Of a DNA stretch of 64,000 bases, positions 13,535 through 24,682 are shown piece after piece. Where the stretch lies: contig JBECUI020000035.1 of the NCBI GenBank assembly GCA_040954595.2, positions 122,442 through 186,441 on the forward strand. The letters run 5' to 3'. Numbering within the stretch: position 1 is the stretch's first letter; every line of letters begins with the position of its first letter. The notes below the pieces were generated by a model that had not been told where the DNA came from, searched no databases, and saw nothing but the letters and a program-made list of their open reading frames with translations. Origin of the DNA: Balanoglossus misakiensis (lineage: Eukaryota; Animalia; Hemichordata). A program made the position numbers and the translations under genes.

Positions 13535-14510
13535 AAAATGAGAAAATGTCGGGTCATTCAGGGTCAGGTCTGAAGCCTTATTTGGTTGTACACAGTGGAT
13601 GTTGGGGTGTCCGTGTATTTGTTTATGTGTGTGCAAATTCATACATGTATGCCTATCGTACTTGGACTTGATATTGCTAACTGGTAGAAATGGTTTTGAA
13701 GTGAAATTTTATTCACATTTGTCTGAGTACATTGCAACGTAAATGGGAAAATGTCGGGTCATTCAGGGTCAGGTCTGTAGCCTTATTTGGTTGTACACGG
13801 TGGATGTTGGGGTGTCCGTGTATTTGTTTATGTCTGTGCAAATTCATACATGTATGCCTATCATTGTACTTGGACTTGATATTGCTAACTGGTAGAAATG
13901 GTTTTGAAGTGAAATTTTATTCACATTTGTCTGAGTACATTGCAACGTAAATGGGAAAATGTCAGGTCATTCAGGGTCAGGTCTGTAGCCTTATTTGGTT
14001 GTACACGGTGGATGTTGGGGTGTCCGTGTATTTGTTTATGTCTGTGCAAATTCATACATGTATGCCTATCGTACTTGGACTTGATATTGCTAACTGGTAG
14101 AAATGGTTTTGAAGTGAAATTTTATTCACATTTGTCTGAGTACATTGCAACGTAAATGGGAAAATGTCGGGTCATTCAGGGTCAGGTCTGTAGCCTTATT
14201 TGGTTGTACACGGTGGATGTTGGGGTGTCCGTGTATTTGTTTATGTCTGTGCAAATTCATACATGTATGCCTATCATTGTACTTGGACTTGATATTGCTA
14301 ACTGGTAGAAATGGTTTTGAAGTGAAATTTTATTCACATTTGTCTGAGTACATTGCAATGTAAATGGGAAAATGTCAGGTCATTCAGGGTCAGGTCTGTA
14401 GCCTTATTTGGTTGTACACGGTGGATGTTGGGGTGTCCGTGTATTTGTTTATGTCTGTGCAAATTCATACATGTATGCCTATCGTACTTGGACTTGATAT
14501 TGCTAAATAG
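13535..14510. repeat. Tandem repeat of ~206 bp, about 4.7 copies
   Basis: aaaatgtc(g/a)ggtcattcagggtcaggtctg recurs at ~13543, 13749, 13956, 14161 and 14369; it explains three near-identical 71-72 aa ORFs. Confidence 0.95.
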
Positions 14511-14897
14511 TGGAAATGATTTTTAAAGAAAATTTCACTCAGATCTGAGATTTGTCTGAGCACATTCTAATGTGAATGCCAGAATGTTAGGTCATGCAGG
14601 GGTCAGGATTTAAGCCTTATCCTGTTTTCCAGCAGAAAAAAAGTGTGTCTGTGATACTTTGTGTGTATATGTGTCTATTTGTATACAGGCATGGGGATAT
14701 GTGTGTATTATGTGTTGCTGTTGAATTACAACTTTGTTCGGACTTAGTTTCTATAAATCACTTCTGTCTGTTAAAAGTTCCACTACTTTTTACTGGTTAT
14801 AATCACTAGTGATGTGATTTGATGAGAAGGTTATCTGAAGTCTGGTGGTGAAAGGATAGTAAAAACCTAACTAGACAGTATATTTGCTTTGTTCCAG

Positions 14898-17800
14898 ATG
14901 CCACGCAGTAGATACTGGAGGAAGAAGAGGAGTCAGAAGAATGAAGATGCTGTTGTGTCTGAGGATCCTGTCCTCTTGAAAAACAGGATAGCTATAGAGC
15001 ACAAAGAGGGGCCTGCCCTCTCTAAAAACAGGAATAGAAATGAATTCAAAGAGGGGCCTGCCCTCTCTAAAAACAGGAATAGAAATGAATTCAAAGAGGG
15101 GCCTGCCCTCTCTAAAAACAGGAATAGAAATGAATACAAAGAGGGGCCTGCCCTCTCTAAAAACAGGAATAGAAATGAATTCAAAGAGGGGCCTGCCCTC
15201 TCTAAAAACAGGAATATGGATAAAATCAGAAAAAGTGACAGAGTAAATGAAAATACAAAAGTGAACAATGACATATTTGAGACTGAAAATCAAAGTGATG
15301 ATAAGACTGAAGGAAGTAATGAAGTTATACCACAACATAGTGTTGACAATGATTCATCTGACGACCTATATATTGGCAGTGGAACAGGGGACAGTGTATA
15401 TTCATTCTCTCCACTAACTTCTGATGTATGTGAACAGCTGTGTTGCAAATTTGATATTGTAGATAAAAATAACATTGATATTGTCAATAAAGATGCAAGT
15501 ATTACAATTGGAGACCCATGCAAGTTTAAGTCAATAATTGGTGATGGTAACTGTTATTTTAGGTCTTTGTCTTATTGTATAAGTGGGACTGAGCGAAATC
15601 ACGGAGTAATTCGAACGGCTATTGTGAATCACTTGAAAGCCAATGAGGAAGTATATTCAGGCTGGGTAAGGTTAGATGGATATACATCAGTTGCTGATTA
15701 TATTGAGAAGTCCAGAATGGATCGTCTTGGAACATGGGCTACAGAAACTGAAATCCTTGCCACTACAAACCTCTTCAATGTGAATATTTTTGTGTACAGT
15801 TTCGATAGTTGGTGGAAACATTCTTGTAATATAATCAATAAAAACAATGTTGATAGAGGTGTTGGTATATACCTGAACCATCGCAATAGAAACCATTATG
15901 AAGTTGTAGAGTGTGTGAAGACACCACAGTTGGAAACCTGTCATTGTACACACATTGATTGCAATGAAGTTGTCCCTGTTGAGATTGTGACTGGAGAGTG
16001 CATGGATGTGACAGACAATGAGTGTTCAAAACAGATTGGTTTGAAAAATGAGTTCCGTTTGGATGAAGTACTTGCAACACATGTTGAACCACAGTGTCTT
16101 GCACCAGTACGAGGTAAGAAACGTGGAAAAGCCATGAGTGTACGGCTGAAAAAGAAAGTCAGATGTGAAAAGTATGAAAGTGAAAAAGGTAAATTGAATA
16201 CATTAAATGAATCCAGTTGTGTGAGGAGCTGTAAATCAGTTAGACGATATGAACGTTATCAGACTAATTGTGAATATAGAGACAACAGAAAATTGGATAG
16301 TAGAAAGAGATATCGTGAAGATGTACTGTATAGAGAGAACAAAAAGCGTACATTTGCAGGAAGATATGATCGTGACCAAGTATTTCGTAAAATACAGAAA
16401 ACTGTATGTGCAGAACAATGTTTGGCAAAATATAAAAATAACCCACTATACAGAGAGCACAAAAAGAATCGGAGTACAGCACATTGTGTTGACAAGTACA
16501 AAAAAGATCGGAAGTTCCGAGAACACAAGAAGAGACAAAATGCAGCACAATGTGTTGACAAGTACAAAAAAGATCAGACATTCCGAGAATACAAGAAAAG
16601 TCAGAGTACAGCCCATTGTGTTGACAAGTACAAAAAAGATCGGAAGTTCCGAGAACACAAGAAGAGACAAAATGCAGCACAATGTGTTGACAAGTACAAA
16701 AAAGATCAGACATTCCGAGAATACAAGAAAAGTCAGAGTACAGCCCATTGTGTTGACAAGTACAAAAAAGATCGGAAGTTCCGAGAACAGAAGAAGAGTC
16801 AGAGTGCAGCAGTATTTGCTGACAAGTACAACAAAGATCAGAAGTTCAGAGATCACAAAAACAGTCAAAATGCAGCACAATTTCTTGACAAGTATAACAC
16901 AGATGAGGAGTTTCAAAACCGGATAAAAAAAAAGTGTTTGGAACGTTACCAACAGGATCACGTTTATAAACAAACTGTACTGGAGAGAAGACGTACTGAG
17001 AGGAAATTGACAAAGATTGAAAAGGAAAATATAGAGCATGTTATAATTGATTTCAGGAATCAGATTTCGGTTGGGCCAAATTGTGTATGTTCAGTTTGTC
17101 ACCGGCGACTTTTTAGAAAGCAGGTCCTTCATTGTAAAACAGACAAATATGTCTCCAAAAAAGGTTTGTGTGAAATAAATGCCAACAAATGTATAACACA
17201 CGATTATGTACATAACTGTACTGAATTATGTATTGTTGATTGTCCACTTAAGAGCAGTGCAGCCAGTCAATTATGGATTTGTCACACATGCCATAGCAAA
17301 CTGTTGCGTGCAGAGATGCCTGTTCAAGCTGCTGCAAACAATCTTGATGTCAAACCAATCCCTAATGAATTAAAATGCCTGAATTCTTTAGAGCAACACT
17401 TAATTGCACTGCATATTCCTTTCATGAAAATGATGGCACTACCAAGAGGTGGGCAGAATGGTGTTCATGGACCAGTTGTGTGTGTCCCGTCTAATATAGA
17501 AAAGACCACAAGTATTTTGCCTAGAGGTGAATTGGATGACCAGATGATAAAAGTGAAATTAAAGCGGAAATTAAGTTATAAAGGTTGTTATCAGTATCAA
17601 TTTGTAAACAAAGGACACATTCAAAATGCACTGGAATACCTACAGAAAAATAACATGTGGTATAATGATGTGAAATTCAATCTCGCTTGGGAAAATACTC
17701 TTGAAAAGACTGAAGAAAAAAACGATGGTGAAGGTAATGTAAACACTGAGGAAAAATTGTTAGATACTGAAGGCAATGATGTAGCATCAGACACAGAAAA

Positions 17801-20800
17801 TGGAAATGAGCCTGATGGAGATACTAATGGAATATTCATGGACACATGCTTTCAACCAGTTGATATAGGTCAGGATATTCTGGATTATCACTTTGACGAT
17901 ATCGCTTGTGTTGCTCCTGGTGAGGATAATAAACCTGTTAGAGTGTTGATGGAAAAGTTCAATGAGGCAAAGTGCTTTCCTGTGATATTCCCAACGGGGT
18001 CACCAACATTTTACGATGACCGAGAGGTTAAGATAACAATAGGACGATACCTGCAGAGTCGTCTCATGAATGCAAGTAACAGGTTTGCAAAAAGCACAGA
18101 CTATATATTTTATGCACAATATCGTTCAGAACTTGACCAGGTTGTATCAAATGTGTCAATTGCTTTGAGAAAAGGAACTGCCAATGCTTGTGGAAAAAAG
18201 GTGACATCTGATGTTCTGACTGATGGCGATTCTTTGAGAGAGATATTGAAGTGTGATGAAGGTTATAAGTTTCTGAAACCTGTAAGAGGGACTCCTCCTT
18301 ATTGGCAAGCTACACAGAAAGATATTTTTGCAATGATCAGACAGTTAGGTATACCGACATGGTTCTGTTCATTTTCTGCTGCTGACTTAAGATGGAAAGA
18401 AGTAATTGAGACTATCCTACGTGAAGAAGGTGATACACGTAATGCTGAGGATCTCGATTGGTCTGAGAAATGTGGTATCTTGAGGCGAAATCCCGTAACG
18501 GCAGCAAGAATGTTTGATCATAGATTTCATTGTTTCTTGAATGAGGTAATAATGTCACCAGCTAGTCCTATTGGGAAGATCAAAGATTATTTTTATCGAG
18601 TTGAGTTTCAACAGCGTGGATCACCACACACTCACTGTTTGTTTTGGGTTGAAAATGCCCCAAAAGTGGACAAAGATTCTGATGAAGATGTGGTTGAGTT
18701 TGTTGACAAATATGTAACATGTGAAATGCCTTCTATAGAGGAGGATGAGGTACTGCATGAGATTGTGAAAACAGTCCAGAAACACAGCTCAAGGCATTCA
18801 AAATCTTGCAAGAAAAAGGGTACTACATGTCGATTCAACTTTCCTCGACCTCCTTCAAACAAAACCTTTGTATGCCACCCTTCAGTCAGCATAGATACAG
18901 GTACAGAGGTGAGCCATGATGATGAGTGTAAAGGTGCTCAGGTCACAACACCACTGGAAAATGAATTAGAAATTGATTTGCCTCAGTTAGATGATACAGC
19001 ATTGGGTGAGAAAAGGGCTAGACAAATTTTAGAACGAGTGTGGACATGCCTGAGTGACAAAGAGAAACAAATTGATACTATTGATGATTTGTTTAATACA
19101 GTTGGCATAACTCAGGAGATGTTTGAACAAGCAAATGCAACATTGGCCAAGAAAACAAGTGTAGTTCTAAAACGTGAGCCAAGTGATGTTTGGGTAAACC
19201 AATATAATGCCAACCTTCTCCGTTGCTGGAATGCAAATATGGACATTCAGTTTGTTGTGGATGCTTATGCCTGTGTTGTGTACATTGTTTCATACATCTC
19301 TAAGGCCGAAAGAGAAATGGGTTTACTCTTGGAACATGCACAGAAAGAGGCTAACAAAGAAGGAAATATGGATGCAAAGTCTGCCATGAAAGAGTTAGGT
19401 GGTGTATATCTGCATAACAGGGAAATAAGTGCCCAGGAAGCTGTGTATAGGGTATGTGGTTTGAAACTGAAAAAATCCTCACGAAAAGTTCAGTTTATTC
19501 CAACAGGAGAAAATCAAATCAAAATGAGTTTGCCATTAGCTGCAATACACAAAAAAATGAAAGGTGATAATTTAGACGAGGAGGAGATATGGATGAACAG
19601 CATTGTGGACAGGTACAAGAACAGACCAAACCGGGAAGAATTCGACAACATGTGTCTTGCCACATTTTGTTCCGAATACAGAGTGGTTTCAAAATCAGAA
19701 ATGAAAAATGTGAGTAATGAAAAACGCCACAGTCCAATAGTAAAGTTGAAAAATGATGTTGGTTACATGCAGAAAAGATCTAGAAGTGATGGGGCTGTTG
19801 TTAGATATGCTAGATTTTCTGTTACCAAATATCCAGAAAAGCACTATGGCAGTATATTACAACTTTTTCTCCCATACCGAACTGAATCACAACTGAAACC
19901 TAGTGGATTTGAGTCGTATGAGGATTTTTATTGTCTTGGTGCAGTGAAATGTGGCTCTGCTTCTTTAGAAAAGGTTAAAGTGATTGTAGATGCCAATAAA
20001 GCATTATTTGAAACAGAGGCTGAGGCTATTGATGCAGCTGAACAAATTCTTGAAGAGAATGGTCCTCTTGAAGATGCATGGGCTCAATTGTGTCCAGAAA
20101 ATGAATTAGAACGATTGGAATGCATTGAAGAAGGCAAAAAATGCTGTGATGTTGATCCCGTAGATGACAATGATATTCCAGATTTGGTTCAGAAACCCAA
20201 AGGTGATGATTGCCATGTAGAAATTTCAAATTCAATGAAGAAATATGAGGTTGAAGCAATGTGTAGATCGTTGAACAAGAAACAAGCAGAAGTGTTCTAC
20301 ACTGTCAGGAAGTGGTGTTTGGACAAAAGCAATGGCAAGAATCCAGAACCCTTTTATCTGTTTGTCACTGGTGGTGCTGGTACTGGGAAAAGTCACTTAA
20401 TCAAAGCCATATATCATGAAGCTAAACGAATTCTAGCTCGGGCAATGCCAGATGTTGATGGAATTTCCATTGCTTTAACTGCACCAACCGGAGTCGCAGC
20501 ATTTAATATACAAGGAACAACTCTGCATCATATATTCTCCATTGCAGTTGACTCAAAGTTGCCATATCAGCCACTGCGTGAAGAAAAGCTGAATACTCTT
20601 CGTTGCAAGTTTGGTAACCTTCAAATTTTGATAATAGATGAGATTTCTATGGTAGACAAAAAGTTATTGTACTACGTTCACGGAAGACTACGACAAATCA
20701 AACAGTCATCGGCTGAGTCACCATTTGGGAATGTGTGTGTTATTGCTGTGGGTGACTTTTATCAACTTCCACCTGTGAAAGCAAGTCCACTGTGTATAGA

Positions 20801-22352
20801 CCGTGAATCCGTCAATCTGTGGAATGATAATTTCAGTATTGTAGAACTAACTGAAATAATGAGACAGAAAGACTGTGCATTTGCAGAGGCACTAAATCGA
20901 GTAAGAGTTCACAAAAAAGGGGACACAATGAATGCAGATGATGTGGCAATGTTTCAGAGGTGTGTTACTGGTGAAACATCTGAGGCAATGCATGTTTTTG
21001 CTACAAATGCAGAGGTTAATAGCTGTAATGTTGAAATGCTGCATTCTCAATGTTCTGTCCCTGTATGTATTGAAGCAGAGGATTTTAGCAGGAATCCTAA
21101 AACTGGAAGGCTAGAAAAAAAGGAAGGTCATCACGTAAAAGTGTATAGGACAACTTTGCCAAAGACTCTTACTCTAGCTGTTGGTGCACGAGTCCAATTG
21201 ACGCATAACATTGATGTGGCTGATGGTTTGGTGAATGGCGTATTTGGCACAGTATATCACATTGCAGTTAAACCAAAGGAAAAATTTCCTGCTGCCATTT
21301 ATGTTGCATTTGATAATGAGAAAGTTGGCCAAGGATTGCGTAACAAGAAGCCTACAATTATATCTGACCTTCCAGCAAACAGCACCCCTATAGAACCTCA
21401 GGAAATGTCTGTTGCAAGTAATGGTGGTATTCGGAGGCAGTTTCCTTTAAAACTAGCTTGGGCATGTACAGTTCACAAAGTACAGGGTTTAACCGTTGAA
21501 AAGGCTGTTGTTAGTTTGAAGAAGATGTTTGCACCAGGACAGGCATATGTTGCATTGAGTCGGGTGACATCATTAGATGGTCTCATTATTAATGACTTTA
21601 ACAAATCATCAATATATTGCAATGATAAAGTTCAAGAAGCCCTGGAAACAATGCCAAAGTTTCTCTCCAAGTGTACTCAGAAAGAACACAGTAATTATAC
21701 ATGCTCATTTGTATTGCAAAATGTGGAGGGACTTGTCAATCACATTAAAGATATTTGCAATGACAGTGAATATTTGGAAGCAGACTTCATTTGTTTGACG
21801 GAGACATGGTTATCTGAAAAAGGAACACAATGTAATTTGCAATTGAGTGGATTTGAATTCAATCACCAACCTCGATCTCAATCCTACAATCAATTTGATG
21901 CAAATACATCAAGTCTACAGTTGCAACAGCGGGGTGGTGTTGGAGTCTATAGCAAACTATGTAATGATTGTGAAATTTTGCATTTGGGTGTGTGTAATTT
22001 GGAATGTATTTCATTTTATGTCGCTAACATCAATGTTACAGTTGCTGTAGTTTACAGACCACCATCATTCAAAGCAGAGGTATTCAAAAATAGCATTGTT
22101 TCTTTGGTGAAAGCAATGGAAAAATACCCAGGAGGCAAACTGATCATGGGTGATTTCAATGAAGATATCTTGACCCGGTCATCACTTGTAAAATTCATGA
22201 AAGATCATGGTTTCAGACAATCTGTAAGTGAACCAACTACAGAAGCTAATACATTGATTGATCATGTGTATGTGAAAGGAGTAGAAAATGTGACAGTAAA
22301 TGTTGTACCAAAATACTTCAGCTTTCATGAAGCAATAAGCATCAAAATATAA
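14898..22352 (+). CDS. Helentron RepHel transposase polyprotein: OTU cysteine protease, Cys/His zinc-binding region, HUH Y2 Rep, PIF1-like SF1B helicase, C-terminal AP-type (EEP) endonuclease
   Basis: OTU GDGNCYFRSLS...W...E...HYE; CSVCHR...CHTCH; Rep PTWFCSFSAAD, RVEFQQRGSPHTH, YIVSYISK; helicase GGAGTGKS, IIDEISMV, GDFYQLPPV, EIMRQ, QFPLKLAWACTVHKVQG, GQAYVALSR; endonuclease QNVEGL, LTETWL, VYRPP, MGDFN, IDHVY. The ATG at 14898 directly follows the acceptor-like tttgttccag. Confidence 0.97.
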   Translation: MPRSRYWRKKRSQKNEDAVVSEDPVLLKNRIAIEHKEGPALSKNRNRNEFKEGPALSKNRNRNEFKEGPALSKNRNRNEYKEGPALSKNRNRNEFKEGPALSKNRNMDKIRKSDRVNENTKVNNDIFETENQSDDKTEGSNEVIPQHSVDNDSSDDLYIGSGTGDSVYSFSPLTSDVCEQLCCKFDIVDKNNIDIVNKDASITIGDPCKFKSIIGDGNCYFRSLSYCISGTERNHGVIRTAIVNHLKANEEVYSGWVRLDGYTSVADYIEKSRMDRLGTWATETEILATTNLFNVNIFVYSFDSWWKHSCNIINKNNVDRGVGIYLNHRNRNHYEVVECVKTPQLETCHCTHIDCNEVVPVEIVTGECMDVTDNECSKQIGLKNEFRLDEVLATHVEPQCLAPVRGKKRGKAMSVRLKKKVRCEKYESEKGKLNTLNESSCVRSCKSVRRYERYQTNCEYRDNRKLDSRKRYREDVLYRENKKRTFAGRYDRDQVFRKIQKTVCAEQCLAKYKNNPLYREHKKNRSTAHCVDKYKKDRKFREHKKRQNAAQCVDKYKKDQTFREYKKSQSTAHCVDKYKKDRKFREHKKRQNAAQCVDKYKKDQTFREYKKSQSTAHCVDKYKKDRKFREQKKSQSAAVFADKYNKDQKFRDHKNSQNAAQFLDKYNTDEEFQNRIKKKCLERYQQDHVYKQTVLERRRTERKLTKIEKENIEHVIIDFRNQISVGPNCVCSVCHRRLFRKQVLHCKTDKYVSKKGLCEINANKCITHDYVHNCTELCIVDCPLKSSAASQLWICHTCHSKLLRAEMPVQAAANNLDVKPIPNELKCLNSLEQHLIALHIPFMKMMALPRGGQNGVHGPVVCVPSNIEKTTSILPRGELDDQMIKVKLKRKLSYKGCYQYQFVNKGHIQNALEYLQKNNMWYNDVKFNLAWENTLEKTEEKNDGEGNVNTEEKLLDTEGNDVASDTENGNEPDGDTNGIFMDTCFQPVDIGQDILDYHFDDIACVAPGEDNKPVRVLMEKFNEAKCFPVIFPTGSPTFYDDREVKITIGRYLQSRLMNASNRFAKSTDYIFYAQYRSELDQVVSNVSIALRKGTANACGKKVTSDVLTDGDSLREILKCDEGYKFLKPVRGTPPYWQATQKDIFAMIRQLGIPTWFCSFSAADLRWKEVIETILREEGDTRNAEDLDWSEKCGILRRNPVTAARMFDHRFHCFLNEVIMSPASPIGKIKDYFYRVEFQQRGSPHTHCLFWVENAPKVDKDSDEDVVEFVDKYVTCEMPSIEEDEVLHEIVKTVQKHSSRHSKSCKKKGTTCRFNFPRPPSNKTFVCHPSVSIDTGTEVSHDDECKGAQVTTPLENELEIDLPQLDDTALGEKRARQILERVWTCLSDKEKQIDTIDDLFNTVGITQEMFEQANATLAKKTSVVLKREPSDVWVNQYNANLLRCWNANMDIQFVVDAYACVVYIVSYISKAEREMGLLLEHAQKEANKEGNMDAKSAMKELGGVYLHNREISAQEAVYRVCGLKLKKSSRKVQFIPTGENQIKMSLPLAAIHKKMKGDNLDEEEIWMNSIVDRYKNRPNREEFDNMCLATFCSEYRVVSKSEMKNVSNEKRHSPIVKLKNDVGYMQKRSRSDGAVVRYARFSVTKYPEKHYGSILQLFLPYRTESQLKPSGFESYEDFYCLGAVKCGSASLEKVKVIVDANKALFETEAEAIDAAEQILEENGPLEDAWAQLCPENELERLECIEEGKKCCDVDPVDDNDIPDLVQKPKGDDCHVEISNSMKKYEVEAMCRSLNKKQAEVFYTVRKWCLDKSNGKNPEPFYLFVTGGAGTGKSHLIKAIYHEAKRILARAMPDVDGISIALTAPTGVAAFNIQGTTLHHIFSIAVDSKLPYQPLREEKLNTLRCKFGNLQILIIDEISMVDKKLLYYVHGRLRQIKQSSAESPFGNVCVIAVGDFYQLPPVKASPLCIDRESVNLWNDNFSIVELTEIMRQKDCAFAEALNRVRVHKKGDTMNADDVAMFQRCVTGETSEAMHVFATNAEVNSCNVEMLHSQCSVPVCIEAEDFSRNPKTGRLEKKEGHHVKVYRTTLPKTLTLAVGARVQLTHNIDVADGLVNGVFGTVYHIAVKPKEKFPAAIYVAFDNEKVGQGLRNKKPTIISDLPANSTPIEPQEMSVASNGGIRRQFPLKLAWACTVHKVQGLTVEKAVVSLKKMFAPGQAYVALSRVTSLDGLIINDFNKSSIYCNDKVQEALETMPKFLSKCTQKEHSNYTCSFVLQNVEGLVNHIKDICNDSEYLEADFICLTETWLSEKGTQCNLQLSGFEFNHQPRSQSYNQFDANTSSLQLQQRGGVGVYSKLCNDCEILHLGVCNLECISFYVANINVTVAVVYRPPSFKAEVFKNSIVSLVKAMEKYPGGKLIMGDFNEDILTRSSLVKFMKDHGFRQSVSEPTTEANTLIDHVYVKGVENVTVNVVPKYFSFHEAISIKI
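15003..15215 (+). repeat. In-frame 45-bp tandem repeat (KEGPALSKNRNRNEF), about 4.7 copies
   Basis: Visible in both DNA and protein. Confidence 0.95.
16410..16920 (+). repeat. In-frame 66-bp repeat (22 aa, CVDKYKKDxxFRExKKxQ), with an alternating 132-bp higher-order unit in the middle
   Basis: RKFREHKKRQNAAQ and QTFREYKKSQSTAH variants alternate in the translation. Confidence 0.93.
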
Positions 22353-22481
22353 TTTAGACTTGTGTTTTGAAATAAAATAAGTATGATTAGAAAAATAAAG
22401 AAATAACCCGCCACGAGGAATAACATTATTCAGGTACATGATTCAATAATGGCCTTGTTACGGAAAAGCTGAGTGATGGTA

Positions 22482-23915
22482 CCAGACCTTGTTGCTTCAC
22501 CAAGGTGTGTGCTTCTGGTGGTAGGACATGACCGGGCAGGTGATCTGATTAGGCGGGCGACTTCTGCTTGTCGCTGCGCTCCTTGTCCGGTCATACTGCC
22601 AGTAGCACACTATGGTGCACAGCAATGAGGTCTGGGAGTGAGACTAGATAAAAGCAAAACAACCAAGCAAGAGGTTAATGTACTTATACTGGCTCCTACG
22701 GTAACTCAACGTTCAATTCAAATACTTTATTGTCAACAATAGATGTGAAAATTGTCTTCAGGCTCTTCAATCAGTTATAAATTCAGGATATTACATTTTG
22801 ATAACAATGTATACATACACACAAAAAAGAGAACATGATGAAAACCACATCTGCAGCATTGGATAAAACTAAGAAAGGGTGAAACTGGAATTTAAAATAG
22901 ATACAGCTGTTGGGAAAAATGTTTTTCGAAGCAATTATTTCCTGGTACGTGTATATCAAATTCTGTAGCATGTCCATGATTGGAGCTTTTGAAATAAATT
23001 TTGAAGAGAGTGTTCAGGATCTGTTAAAATATTATGTGCATGTCGTTTAACTGCCTTATTGTAGTTATATGCCAAGGATTTTGACAGCAGCCAATAACTT
23101 TCCCTGCAATATTCATAATATGAGAAAGCTTACTTAAATCAAAATTTTACATAACATGTATTTACCATACCACAAATTAATATTGACCGTCAGAATGCTT
23201 TCGATAAGGTAACGATAAAGTAATGATACACCAACTGCAAATAATTTAAAGTGAATTAACTACACAAGCTAATACATTGATTGACCATGTGTCTATGAAA
23301 GGAATAGCAAATGTGACAGTAAATGTTTCACCAAAATACTTTACATTGTAACTTTCATGAAAATAAGCATCAAAATATACTAATTGAGACTTGCGTTTAG
23401 AAATGAAATAAGTATTATTAGAAAAATAAAGAAATAACCCACCACGAGGAATAACCTTATTCAGATACATGATTCGATGATGGCCTTGTTACGGAAAAGC
23501 TCAGTGATGGTACCAGACCTTGTTGCTTCACCAAGGCAAAGCGTGTGCCTCTGGTGGTAACATGACCGGGCAAGTGATCTGATTTGGCGGGTGACTTGTG
23601 CTTGTCGCTGCGCTCCTTGCCTGGTCATACTGCCAGTAGCACACTATATGGTGCACAGCAATGAGGTCTGGGAGTGAGACTAGATAAAACCAAAACTACC
23701 AAGCAAGAGTTACATGCTTCAAAAATGGTGTTTGTTACGGAAAAGCTGAGTGATGGTACCAGACCTTGTTGCTTCACCAAGGCAAAGCGTGTGCCTCTGG
23801 TGGTAACATGACCGGGCAAGTGATCTGATTTGGCGGGCGACTTGTGCTTGTCGCTGCGCTCCTTGCCCGGTCATTCTGCCAGTAGCACACTATGGTGCAC
23901 AGCAATGAGGTCTGG
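22482..23915. repeat. Three copies of a ~155-nt long imperfect hairpin (22482-22635, 23513-23671, 23759-23915)
   Basis: Nested pairings ccagacct/aggtctgg, tgttgct/agcaatg, cacca/tggtg, gtgtgc/gcacac, atgaccgggcaag/cttgcccggtcat and gcgac/gtcgc. Confidence 0.85.
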
Positions 23916-23999
23916 GAGTGAGACTAGATAAAAGCAAACCAACCAAGCAAGAGGTTAATGTACGTATACTGGCTCCTACGGTAACTCAACGTTCAATTC

Positions 24000-24228
24000 T
24001 TGAATTTTGAATGAATTTTATTTCACCAGAGATATGTCAATATATATATAATACACTGAATGTAAAAGGAAGATGTTACATATTTCCAGTGTGGACCATG
24101 GAAATAGTTTCGCGGAAACTAGTCTAGTCCATGGCCCATATTTCTGAGTTAATTAATTATAAAGATGTCAAACAGTTGTACAGCACATATAAATAAATGA
24201 TCTGTTAAATGAATAAATAAATAAATAA

Positions 24229-24279
<51 letters not shown>

Positions 24280-24682
24280 ATACAGGTGAGTTGAAGGCAA
24301 CTAATTTGTTGCGAAGGAGTACATTATAATGGGTTGACTATATTGAAAAAAAAAGTTGTCACTGAAGTAGCAGATGTTTTTTGAGCTCTTTTTAAAATCT
24401 GTTTCTGTAGTGTGTAGTTTTTAAAGTGAGTGGAATGGAGTTCCAGCATTTTACAGATGCATACTTAACATTCTGCTGAGAAGTAGTCAAGTTGACCTTT
24501 GGGATTTTTAAGTTCCTGTTCGTACTAAATGATGTTGGATATGTATGTGGAGAGACACCTTGGAAATACTGATCAAGGTTGTGAGCATAGTGATGGTGGT
24601 CTAGGTCATAAATGAATATACAAGTCTGAAGTTTACAAAGATTAAACACATTCAATATGCTGAGTTGCCAAAACAGTTGCCA
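24000..24682 (-). mobile_element. 5'-truncated non-LTR retrotransposon 3' fragment (CR1/L2 group)
   Basis: Minus ORF ...HTYPTSF...NLKIPKVNLT...VKYASVKCWNSIP...F matches the post-RT C-terminus of CR1/L2-type LINEs; 3' UTR stem-loop at 24091-24140; AATAAA plus an ATTC-like tail at the left end; aattc duplicated at the flanks relative to the uninterrupted copy at 22711-22725. Confidence 0.75.
24212..24281. repeat. (TAAA)n microsatellite
   Basis: Directly visible. Confidence 0.95.

Noticed and set aside
14871-22439. Overlapping and antisense ORFs within the RepHel gene
   Set aside because: Shadow frames of a long ORF and its internal repeats.
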